NCBI GenBank assembly: GCA_020184695.1
Contig: JAANOX010000218.1
Coordinates: forward strand, 186,001-250,000
DNA: 64,000 nt
Origin: Histomonas meleagridis 2922-C6/04-290x
Lineage: Eukaryota > Protista > Parabasalia
Direction of reading: 5' to 3'
Shown: piece by piece, positions 22,716 through 31,251 of the stretch
Layout: each line of letters opens with the position of its first letter
How positions within the stretch are numbered: position 1 is the first letter of the stretch
Position numbers and translations under genes: made by a program
The notes under the pieces: model-generated
The model's database searches: none
What the model saw: the letters and a program-made list of their open reading frames with translations, nothing else
What the model was told of the DNA's origin: nothing

Positions 22716-23966
22716 TTAAATTGATTTCAAAACACTTCGAATCGATGCAAGATATACACGGTTTGGAATTCTTATTTTGTTTTGCTTTATTGGCTCGAAT
22801 AATCCCCAATTGTTATAATATTTAACCACGTCAATATTTGATTGGTCAATCTTTATTTTTCCTTTAGATGAAATTTTCTTCAAAAAGGCAACTCTATCGT
22901 TCACTTCACTCTTTTGACCGTTAATTGTCGCTTTTAGTATTTTTGTTGTCAGTTTTTGCTGAATCCTTTCAACGGCGTTTTCGTTCGAAAATCCATCTCG
23001 AACTAAGTCATGGAATTGTGCATAGAATTTACCATATCCTTCAAAGTTATCCCAAAGGAAATTGAAGACTTTTTGAGGCCAAACTCTTTCAAGCTTGACA
23101 AGAATTTGTTTTGCAGTTTCTTGATCAAATCCGTTGATATACACAACACGATAAAGATTTGACTTGGATAGTATTGGTTGGTTTGAAAGAATGTTTGGTA
23201 TTTCAGCAATGATTCCCATATTTTGTAAATTTAATGAATATCCATCACAAAATGTCATAAATGGTTGGAATATAGTTGGATTAATAGCAAGAATAACAAT
23301 GTTGAGGAAGTTTGAGTAACGATTAAGAGTGGTAAAGAAGAGATCGAAATTTGCATTATTTGGAATGGTAACTGTTGAGTTGAGATATGCAAACATTTTG
23401 TTTAAGAGAGGATCATTGAACAACTCTAAAGGAGAGTTGATGTATTTAATATAAGGACATTGCGTTAATAACTCAGTTTGATTTATTGGCTGTCCATCAA
23501 AAAGTTGAAAACCTTTGAAAACAGCACTAAGAAGGAAGTTTGCTATTTCACGTTGAGAATTATATGATGATATTTCCTGGAAATCAAACAAAATTGGAAC
23601 ATGTCCAGATTGATTGATTATGTTTGCAAAGTCGTAAAGACTACGTGTTTTTCCATATCCATTATCGCCAGTAACTACAAGTATTTGATCGTGTGTTGTT
23701 AAACCAACGAAAGTTTCTAATGTTTTTTTGTAAATCCGATTATATATATAAGGAATTGGTAAATATTTTGACCTTGGAGGAAGCCTTGGCCTAAATATGA
23801 TTCCAATGATAATTGCCAGTGTAATAACACCTAATATGATCAATACCATTTTTTTAAAAGAAAACTCTTTTTTCTTTTCTTGGGCCTGAGTTGGCGCTTC
23901 TCCTTTGCCAACCGATTCTTGAGCTTTTAGCTCTTCTGGTTGATTCTCTTCTTTTGTGCTTGTCAT
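22716..23966 (-). CDS. Single-pass membrane P-loop NTPase (archaeal-ATPase/AAA-like)
   Basis: TM MVLIILGVITLAIIIGIIF, then Walker A VVTGDNGYGKT. ATG at 23966 (alternative 23984). Confidence 0.7.
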   Translation of the reverse strand: MTSTKEENQPEELKAQESVGKGEAPTQAQEKKKEFSFKKMVLIILGVITLAIIIGIIFRPRLPPRSKYLPIPYIYNRIYKKTLETFVGLTTHDQILVVTGDNGYGKTRSLYDFANIINQSGHVPILFDFQEISSYNSQREIANFLLSAVFKGFQLFDGQPINQTELLTQCPYIKYINSPLELFNDPLLNKMFAYLNSTVTIPNNANFDLFFTTLNRYSNFLNIVILAINPTIFQPFMTFCDGYSLNLQNMGIIAEIPNILSNQPILSKSNLYRVVYINGFDQETAKQILVKLERVWPQKVFNFLWDNFEGYGKFYAQFHDLVRDGFSNENAVERIQQKLTTKILKATINGQKSEVNDRVAFLKKISSKGKIKIDQSNIDVVKYYNNWGLFEPIKQNKIRIPNRVYLASIRSVLKSI

Positions 23967-24026
23967 GAATGTCACTTTTCTCATTACGATCAAAAAAAAT
24001 TGAATTTTGAATACATTTTTTTTTTA

Positions 24027-24622
24027 TTAGCAACAACCTCCTGAAGTTGTGTTATCGACTGTATCTGGATCTATCATTGGCGTATCATCATGTGGCTTTT
24101 TCTTGTAGAATTCAATTGCACAAATTTCAAGAGCACGAAATGCATTTTCGACTCCAGACCCTGTTTTTGCACTTGCAGAATAGTACTGTCCTCCAACAGA
24201 GTAGCTATAGTTTGTGGCTTCTTCTTCAGTAATTTCAGCTGTTAAATCTTCTTTATTTCCGACAATTATAAAAGGGATATCTCCTTGTTGGTGAAGGAAA
24301 TCAACCCATTCGTCTAACGCAGCAAACGATTCTCGTTTAGTTAAGTCAAAAACGATAAGTGCCGCAGATGAATCTCTTGCATAGAGTGGAGTTAAGGAGC
24401 GATACTGGAGTTAAAGAAAAAAGATACTTTTTCGGCGCCTGCTGTATCCCAAATTTGGAAACAATATGTTGTTCCATCATAGTTTTCTCTTTTTGTTTGT
24501 GCAACTCCACCAATTGTAGGAGCTGCATCAGGTTCAAAAGTATTTGATAACCAATAGTTTAGAAGGCTTGTTTTCCCAACAGATTGATCACCAAGAAGGA
24601 CAACTTTGATTTGAGGAACCAT
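24027..24622 (-). CDS. Rab GTPase, two exons: complement(join(24027..24404,24428..24622)), 190 aa
   Basis: GDQSVGKT; WDTAGAEK|YRSLTPLYARD restored by removing 23 nt; GNKED, SAK and C-terminal GGCC. Confidence 0.92.
24405..24427 (-). other. 23-nt GT-AG spliceosomal intron
   Basis: GTATCTTTTTTCTTTAACTCCAG; its removal fuses two Rab halves in frame; branch-like TTTAAC abuts the 3' CAG. Confidence 0.88.
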
Positions 24623-24892
24623 CCTTTGATTGACACTTTTCGAGAACGATGCCCATTGAAAAAAAATTTTTGACAAAAATTTTTGTCAACTTTTCATCCG
24701 TAGAACTCCAACAAAACCGAATTGAAAACATAACATTTAAAGAAATTTTCATACAAAAACAATTTCCCATCTTGCTTAGCTAAATTTTCAGTTCAAAAAA
24801 TGTAAATAGAGCAAGAAAAAAAATATAAAATCTTTGACAATAAACGGGCGTTTAACCGATAACGATAGACAGTTAAACGTACGGAAAAACAA

Positions 24893-25741
24893 ATGGATAA
24901 TAACTTGCCTGCTTTTGCTAGAGCACTTCAAAGGAGAAGGATGAATCAAACATATAATACTTCTCAAAGAAGGAAGCCAGTAGAAAATGATTCATTTTCA
25001 TCTGATAATTTAACCAATTCACCTCCAAGAAATTCAGCACAAACTATTGATCCTCAATACATAAAATATAAGCAAACAAAAGATGATGAGGTTCAAGCAC
25101 TTAAAGATAAAATTGCTGATCTTGAACAAGAAATTTCAATTTTATCAACAGAAAAACTTAAAATCCAAAAAGATCTTGATACTGAAAGACAAGTATCTGA
25201 AAGTCTTTCTAAACAAATTGATGAAATTAGGGAAGAACTTGAAAGTGAAAAGACCAAAAATGAAATATTAAAAGAGCAAGTTTCACAATTGGAATCATTT
25301 ATGGACAACAAACAACAGCTTTCGGATGCCAAGGAAACAGTAATACAAAGAATACAACTTGAATACCAAGAAGTTATGAAAGATTATCAAAACTTACTTG
25401 CAACAAATTCAACACAAGCAAGTCAACTTCGCCAAGCCAGGCAATACATAAACGAGCTTGAACAAGAAATTGAGTATTTAAACAAATCTAATAGAAGATC
25501 TCAATCCAATAACAATGTAAATCTTCCACAAGACGATTTCGATTATTGGTCTAAACCAGACAAAGAATTTAATACAAGCAAACAGGAACTCTCTTTTGAA
25601 ACGTCGCAGAAAAATAATGCATTTTATGAAACACCAAAAAAGAGAGATAATTTTGATACTAACTATCGAGATGAATTACAGCAAAGTCGGCGACCACGTG
25701 TTGTTAAATCAGCTCTTGTTGATAATATTGTTTTTGGTTAA
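24893..25741 (+). CDS. Hypothetical coiled-coil protein
   Basis: 282 aa; central heptad-rich E/K/Q/L segment. Confidence 0.75.
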   Translation: MDNNLPAFARALQRRRMNQTYNTSQRRKPVENDSFSSDNLTNSPPRNSAQTIDPQYIKYKQTKDDEVQALKDKIADLEQEISILSTEKLKIQKDLDTERQVSESLSKQIDEIREELESEKTKNEILKEQVSQLESFMDNKQQLSDAKETVIQRIQLEYQEVMKDYQNLLATNSTQASQLRQARQYINELEQEIEYLNKSNRRSQSNNNVNLPQDDFDYWSKPDKEFNTSKQELSFETSQKNNAFYETPKKRDNFDTNYRDELQQSRRPRVVKSALVDNIVFG

Positions 25742-25876
25742 CCAAAAATGTAAAATTTAATAAATGTGTTTCTATTTGTGTTTTCATTGTTAAATTTTTG
25801 GTTAAAAAATTATAATTAAAGCGAGTAATTTTTATTTCTTTTGATTTTATGATTTTTATTTTCATTAACTTTCATG

Positions 25877-26934
25877 CTATTGAAGTAGCTTAACAATTTC
25901 ATGATTACCTTTGGAAGAAGCAATCATAAGAGCTGTTTGGAAATTCATAAATAAATTCCAAATTAATAAAGAAAACATCAAACATATATTAACATTCCAC
26001 AAAATAAAAAAAATATTTTTTATATTTGAATCAACTCCATAATTAAATAATAATTGAACAATATTAATTTTATTATTTTGAGAAGCAAACATTAAAGCTG
26101 TCCAAAAATTATCAAATATATTCCAAATATATCAATTATACCAAAAATTATTTAAATAAATATTACGAAAATTATTAAAACATTTTGTAAGTTAACATCA
26201 ATTTTTTCATTTTCAAGAAGACATTCAACAATATCAGTTAATCCTTTTTTTGAAGAAATCATAAGTGGTGTTCTAACAATTTTATTAAAATATCAAATAA
26301 TGAATTCAAACTTTAATAAATTTTAGGAAATTTTAAGATAAAATAATATATATTTTTGATGTTTACGTTAACATTAGGATTTTTAAGAAACAATTTTACA
26401 ACATTTGAACATGATATTGTAAGTGGTGTTTCAAGTTAAATGAAGAAATTCCAAACATTATAATGAAAATTGATGTAAATGAAAAAAATTTTAAAACAAT
26501 CAATGAAACATTTTTTACGTTTACATCGATATCTTCCTTTTTAAGGAGTATTTCATATATCTTAATTAGTGTATATGAGCAAGCTATTGTAAGAGCTGTT
26601 TCAAATTTCTTAATTAAATTCCAAATGATTTTTGAATACATCAAATTATTTAAAATAATTTTGAAATTAGAAATTAAATATTTGAAGTATTGACATCAAT
26701 GTTATTTTGGTCAAGAAGTAATTTAACAATGTCAAAATGAAATAGTTTACATCCTTTTATTAAAGCTGTTTCAAATTTTTAATGTAAATCCTATAATATA
26801 TTATCGAAATTTTATAATGAATAATAAAACTTTAAAATTAACAAATAAATATATTTAACATTTATGTCAATATCTTTATGTTCAAGAAGTAATTGAACTA
26901 TTTCTATGTAACTGATCCATTTTTCCTTTCTATA
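25877..26934 (-). other. Interrupted ankyrin-repeat locus: seven coding cassettes separated by six 75-78 nt spacers (5' end degenerate, no clear ATG)
   Basis: Cassettes: 26851-26934, 26680-26772 (31 aa), 26510-26602 (31), 26352-26432 (27), 26182-26274 (31), 26015-26104 (30), 25877-25939. Each after the first starts x-T-[AP]-L, and cassettes 2-6 end x-x-N (...N-x-x-N); all are stop-free apart from the final TAG. Confidence 0.85.
25940..26850 (-). other. Six structured spacers with 17+3+17+3+17+3+17 architecture
   Basis: 26773-26850 (78 nt), 26603-26679 (77), 26433-26509 (77), 26275-26351 (77), 26105-26181 (77), 25940-26014 (75); RTWT recurs at spacer positions 1/21/41/61 in most units. Confidence 0.8.
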
Positions 26935-27051
26935 TTATATTCTTTCAAGAAGTGCCTCTTTGAATTTATTATAATTTGAAAAGTTGATATACGCTAAAAA
27001 AAAAAAAAATAAGATTTTTCCACTCTAATTTTTTATTATAAATACTTACAA

Positions 27052-29451
27052 TTAATCATTTATTTTGACCTTTCCTCTTGAAATCAAAGATCTTAAATTT
27101 CTTTTTGCGTTTTCATTTCCTTTAGCTGCAGCCATTTTGAAGCATTTCACAGCAGTTTCTTCATCTTTTGGCACAGCAGTCCCCTTTAAGAACATCATTC
27201 CAATATTTACCATTGCTTTTGTATTTCCTAATGCAGCAGCATCTCCCAAAAACTTTGCTGCCTTTACGTAATTTCTTTTAACTCCATTTTTACCTTTTAA
27301 TAACATCATTCCCAACATTACCATTGCATCCAATTCGCCATTACTTGCTGCCAATTTCAAGTATTTTATTGCCTCATTAACATCTTTAGCTATCCCTTGA
27401 CCTTTTAACAACATTATCCCGATGTTTAATTGCGCATTAGGTAAACCACAATCAGCGGCGACTTTAAAATAATGTGAACTTTTTCCAATATTCTTTTTCA
27501 TTCCATTCCCTTCTAATAAAGATATTCCCATACTAAACATAGCCTTAACGAGTCCTTTATCAGCAGCTCTTTTTAAATAACGATTAGCCTCATTAATATT
27601 ACGTAAGGAATTTCTTCCTTTAGATAATAATATAGCTAAGTTATATTGAGCTTGTGGGTCATCTTGTAACGCAGCCATTTTATAATAATGGATTGCAGTA
27701 ACTTCGTTCTTTCGTACACCTCTTCCGAAATGAAACATTAAGCCTAAGTTTAATTGTGCTTTAGGATTACCTTTATTAGCGGAATAATCAAATAGCTTAA
27801 TTGCTTCGCGATCATTTTTAGGGATATATTTCCCTTCCGCTAACATTAAGCCTAAATTTAAAGCGGCCTTTTCATGGCCTTTATTTTTCGCATATAAAAA
27901 ATATTCGATAGATTTATATTTATTTTTAGCGATTTCAATTCCTTCGAACAACATTATACCATAATTATATTCACTATCAACTATACCTTGATCAGCAGAT
28001 AATTTAAAATAATTCGATACATTAATGTTTTCTTTCTTCATTAATAACCCATAAATATATTGCGAATAACCATTCCCTTTTAATGCGGATGTTTTAATCC
28101 TTTGGATAATCGAATTATTATTGTTTTTAACTATACGTTGTGAAATTCGATCACAAAATGATTCATATTCTAAACGATCAGTTCCAGGGAATATAAATAA
28201 TTTTCGATTTTTAACTAATTCATTAAGTTTAGGCCTTTGTTTAGGGTCAAATGAAATACAAGAATTTATTAATTCCTTTAAATGTTTTGGCGTGTTAATT
28301 GGTAAAATTGGTTTAATTCCATGCATAATATTAAATATTAATTCAGGCGCTGTAATTCCTTCATAAGGAAAATGTGATGTATACAAATGATATATTATCA
28401 TCCCAAATGAATAAACATCAGTTGAATAATCATATGATTTATGGAATAATATTTCAGGAGATTTAAAGACTAAATCATTCACATTTAAATCATTTTCATC
28501 ATCATGACGTATTAATCCAATGTCGCCAATTTTAGGCTCGAAATTTTCATCAAGTAATATGCTCGATGTACGTAAATCATTATGCATTAAGCCATTAGTA
28601 TGTAAAAGTTGTAAACCATATGCAATACCATATATTATGATGGATTTCTTGGTGGAATTCCACCCTAATGGTGACGTAGTGCTTTGGATTAATGAGATTA
28701 ATGATCCGTTTGGTATGTAATCCATTATTATTGCACTTTGCTCGCGTCTTAAAAAGTTTCGATTGATAAACCCAACAATATGAAGTATAGAAGGATGATT
28801 AAATGTGACTAATGCATCACTTTCATGGTCTTGGCCATTATTTAATGATTTTAACTTATCATTTAAAAGTGTCTTTTTGGCAAAAATCTCACCTGTCTTG
28901 ATGGATTTGACAAGCTCAAAGGTAGAGGATCGGCCAGAACTAATGTTTTGTAATGAAATAAAATCACTTGATGAAAAGATTTTCATTGTCGCACGTCGAC
29001 GATTGTTACGATCAAATGTTAGATCCCATGAACATTCGATTGTGGCAATGGATTTCTTACGTAGAATGGTTGAAAATGAGGCTACTTGAAGCATAACATT
29101 TTTTTTGAATATTAATGGAATAAGACTAAATTTGAAAACAGTGACTTTCTTAAGGGTAGGCGTGTTGGAAAATTTCATAAATAGTGTAATGACAAGAGGT
29201 TCTTCAAATAAAATTTCTAAATCATTTCGCATATATTCATCTGGAATAAAATGTGCTCTGAAGTTAAATTGCATGTTGTCAGTAGAGTTGACAAAAGGTG
29301 TAGTATATTCTTCAGTTTCATGTGGAAAATGTATCTTGGCACAAAATGTTTGTGGCTCTTGAAATAAGAAGCCTGTTATGTTGCGTAGCGTAATTCTAAG
29401 AGATCTGCATTCGTTGATTCTTCGTGATGAAAAATTTTCTCCATGGTACAT
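27052..29451 (-). CDS. Protein kinase (TKL-like, degenerate) with Sel1-like repeats and possible N-terminal C2-like domain
   Basis: FAKK, HPSILHIVG, HNDLRTSSILLD, KIGDIG, DVYSFG; about 9 repeats of the A..NLG.M...G.G...D...A..Y.K.AA..G pattern. Confidence 0.85.
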   Translation of the reverse strand: MYHGENFSSRRINECRSLRITLRNITGFLFQEPQTFCAKIHFPHETEEYTTPFVNSTDNMQFNFRAHFIPDEYMRNDLEILFEEPLVITLFMKFSNTPTLKKVTVFKFSLIPLIFKKNVMLQVASFSTILRKKSIATIECSWDLTFDRNNRRRATMKIFSSSDFISLQNISSGRSSTFELVKSIKTGEIFAKKTLLNDKLKSLNNGQDHESDALVTFNHPSILHIVGFINRNFLRREQSAIIMDYIPNGSLISLIQSTTSPLGWNSTKKSIIIYGIAYGLQLLHTNGLMHNDLRTSSILLDENFEPKIGDIGLIRHDDENDLNVNDLVFKSPEILFHKSYDYSTDVYSFGMIIYHLYTSHFPYEGITAPELIFNIMHGIKPILPINTPKHLKELINSCISFDPKQRPKLNELVKNRKLFIFPGTDRLEYESFCDRISQRIVKNNNNSIIQRIKTSALKGNGYSQYIYGLLMKKENINVSNYFKLSADQGIVDSEYNYGIMLFEGIEIAKNKYKSIEYFLYAKNKGHEKAALNLGLMLAEGKYIPKNDREAIKLFDYSANKGNPKAQLNLGLMFHFGRGVRKNEVTAIHYYKMAALQDDPQAQYNLAILLSKGRNSLRNINEANRYLKRAADKGLVKAMFSMGISLLEGNGMKKNIGKSSHYFKVAADCGLPNAQLNIGIMLLKGQGIAKDVNEAIKYLKLAASNGELDAMVMLGMMLLKGKNGVKRNYVKAAKFLGDAAALGNTKAMVNIGMMFLKGTAVPKDEETAVKCFKMAAAKGNENAKRNLRSLISRGKVKIND

Positions 29452-29558
29452 TTATCTATCGTGCCAAACTGGGGCACCTTGTTTCAAATTCAAAAAGAAA
29501 AAAAAAAAGAATATAAGTTAAATCATGATAAAAAAAATTAAGTGGACTCCAATAATTA

Positions 29559-29800
29559 TTATTCAAATAACTCCTTAGTTTTTTCAAAACCAATTGTAAT
29601 ACACAGTCAAGTGCCGTATAACATATTCAAAGCAATTTCCAAATATAATCTTTAAACATTCTATTATTGAAAAATATATTAAACATAAGATATAAATATC
29701 AATTCCTTTTTGATCAAGAAGTAATTTGGCAATTTCTATTCAGATGCATGAATAAGTGCTGTATAAAATAATTTCCAAATAAAGTTATAAATGAAATTCC
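29559..29800 (-). pseudogene. Second interrupted ankyrin locus (frameshifted) with one complete 77-nt spacer at 29621-29697
   Basis: YTALIHASE..EIAKLLLDQKGID | spacer | YTALDC...; frameshifts in both cassettes. Confidence 0.7.
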
Positions 29801-29949
29801 TGTCTTCTTTAATGTGTCCTCGCTTCAAAGTAAAATGAAATGACATTATTTTGCACTTTCAAAAATTGAATGAATTACTTAAATTGTAAAATATCAAAAA
29901 AGTGTTGAATCGTTCAAAAAGTTGTTTTAGGACAAGAATTTTTGTTTAC

Positions 29950-31251
29950 TTACCGCCACTTTTGTCCATGGAACTCGTTTTCGTGCGGGTTCATAATAAC
30001 TCCGTGTTCTGAATATCTTCCCGCTTGCTTTGCATACTCTGCTTGTTTCATAGCCTCGTCCTGATAAGTTCCGATGTAGGCACGTGGCTTATTGTATGAA
30101 CTTGGGGGATTTGGTACTGTGCGTCCACCGAGGTTTTCTGTCTTGTTGTTGTTATTTGTTGTACCGCGGTTGTACATGTTCTTGAGATTATTTACACCAC
30201 CCGCAGTTGATCTGCATTCCTGTTGCGGTGAAGGCTTGGATTGATATGAAGGAGTTGGCTTCGATTGATATGAAGGAGCTGGTTTGGATTGATATGATGG
30301 TGCTGGCTTCGATTGGTAAGAAGGTGCTGGTTTGGATTGGTAAGATGGCGCTGGCTTGGATTGATATGATGGAGCTGGCTTAGATTGATATGAAGGAGCT
30401 GGTTTGGATTGTTGATAGCTTGGAGTTGATGATGGTGGGGTATATTGTTGTGGCTTTAATCCTCCTCCTGATGGCTTTGATTGATATGAAGGAGCTGGTT
30501 TGGATTGTTGGTAGCTTGGGGTTGATGATGGTGGGGTATATTGTTGTGGTTTGAGACCGCCGGAACGTGGGGCATTTGATGGTGGTGGAGCTTTAACGCT
30601 GGAATAAGCACCGCCTGTTGGTCCATAGAAAGAAGAATCTTCTTTGAATTTTTGTCCATGATATTCATGCTCTTGTGGGTTCATTAAAACACCATGGCTG
30701 GTGTATCGACCTGCATCTTTGGCCTTTTGTGCTTGCATGTTTGCTTCATCAAGTTTTGTTGGCATGCATGCAGTTCTATCGATTTGTTCCTTTGTGAAAT
30801 GTGATCTATTAGCTTCACTTTGGTGTGCTGCATCTGGAAGGATTGGACCACGATAGCCTGGCTTGTATTGAACATTACGTGCAAGAGCAACCATATTGGT
30901 TAAGAACAAGCCCATATTGCGATTATCATAAACATCTTCGAAAACGCATGTTTCGTTATCTTTGCATCCAAGTTTAACACAAGCGTTTTGGAAAGCACCA
31001 AAGTTTTCTCTTCTGAACATAACAATTGGTGATTGATGAATACGAGGAATCATTCCTGGAGATAGCCTATTGATTAATTCGCAAAGAATAGTACCATCCA
31101 TTAAAGCTTCTCTAAGATTTCCTGGTATTTTTCTTCCGATGATTCCTTCCATCCAGGCACGTACTCTTCCTTCAAGAGCTACATCATAGCTTGCAGCACG
31201 TTTTTGAGCAAGGTCGGCATAAATGCCCATTTCCTTTGGCCTTGTCGACAT
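29950..31251 (-). CDS. Calponin-homology (transgelin/calponin-like) protein with PAPSYQSK repeats
   Basis: CH motif LMDGTILCELIN...ENFGAFQNAC...FEDVYDNRNM; 24-nt tandem repeats encoding PAPSYQSK. First ATG at 31251. Confidence 0.85.
   Translation of the reverse strand: MSTRPKEMGIYADLAQKRAASYDVALEGRVRAWMEGIIGRKIPGNLREALMDGTILCELINRLSPGMIPRIHQSPIVMFRRENFGAFQNACVKLGCKDNETCVFEDVYDNRNMGLFLTNMVALARNVQYKPGYRGPILPDAAHQSEANRSHFTKEQIDRTACMPTKLDEANMQAQKAKDAGRYTSHGVLMNPQEHEYHGQKFKEDSSFYGPTGGAYSSVKAPPPSNAPRSGGLKPQQYTPPSSTPSYQQSKPAPSYQSKPSGGGLKPQQYTPPSSTPSYQQSKPAPSYQSKPAPSYQSKPAPSYQSKPAPSYQSKPAPSYQSKPAPSYQSKPTPSYQSKPSPQQECRSTAGGVNNLKNMYNRGTTNNNNKTENLGGRTVPNPPSSYNKPRAYIGTYQDEAMKQAEYAKQAGRYSEHGVIMNPHENEFHGQKWR

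Noticed and set aside
25940-26850. Canonical GT-AG introns as the explanation for the ankyrin spacers
   Set aside because: Only two of six spacers begin with GT, none ends in AG, there is no ACTAAC/TTTAAC-CAG motif, and sliding the boundaries does not give GT-AG in all. Removing a whole spacer leaves the repeat three residues short.
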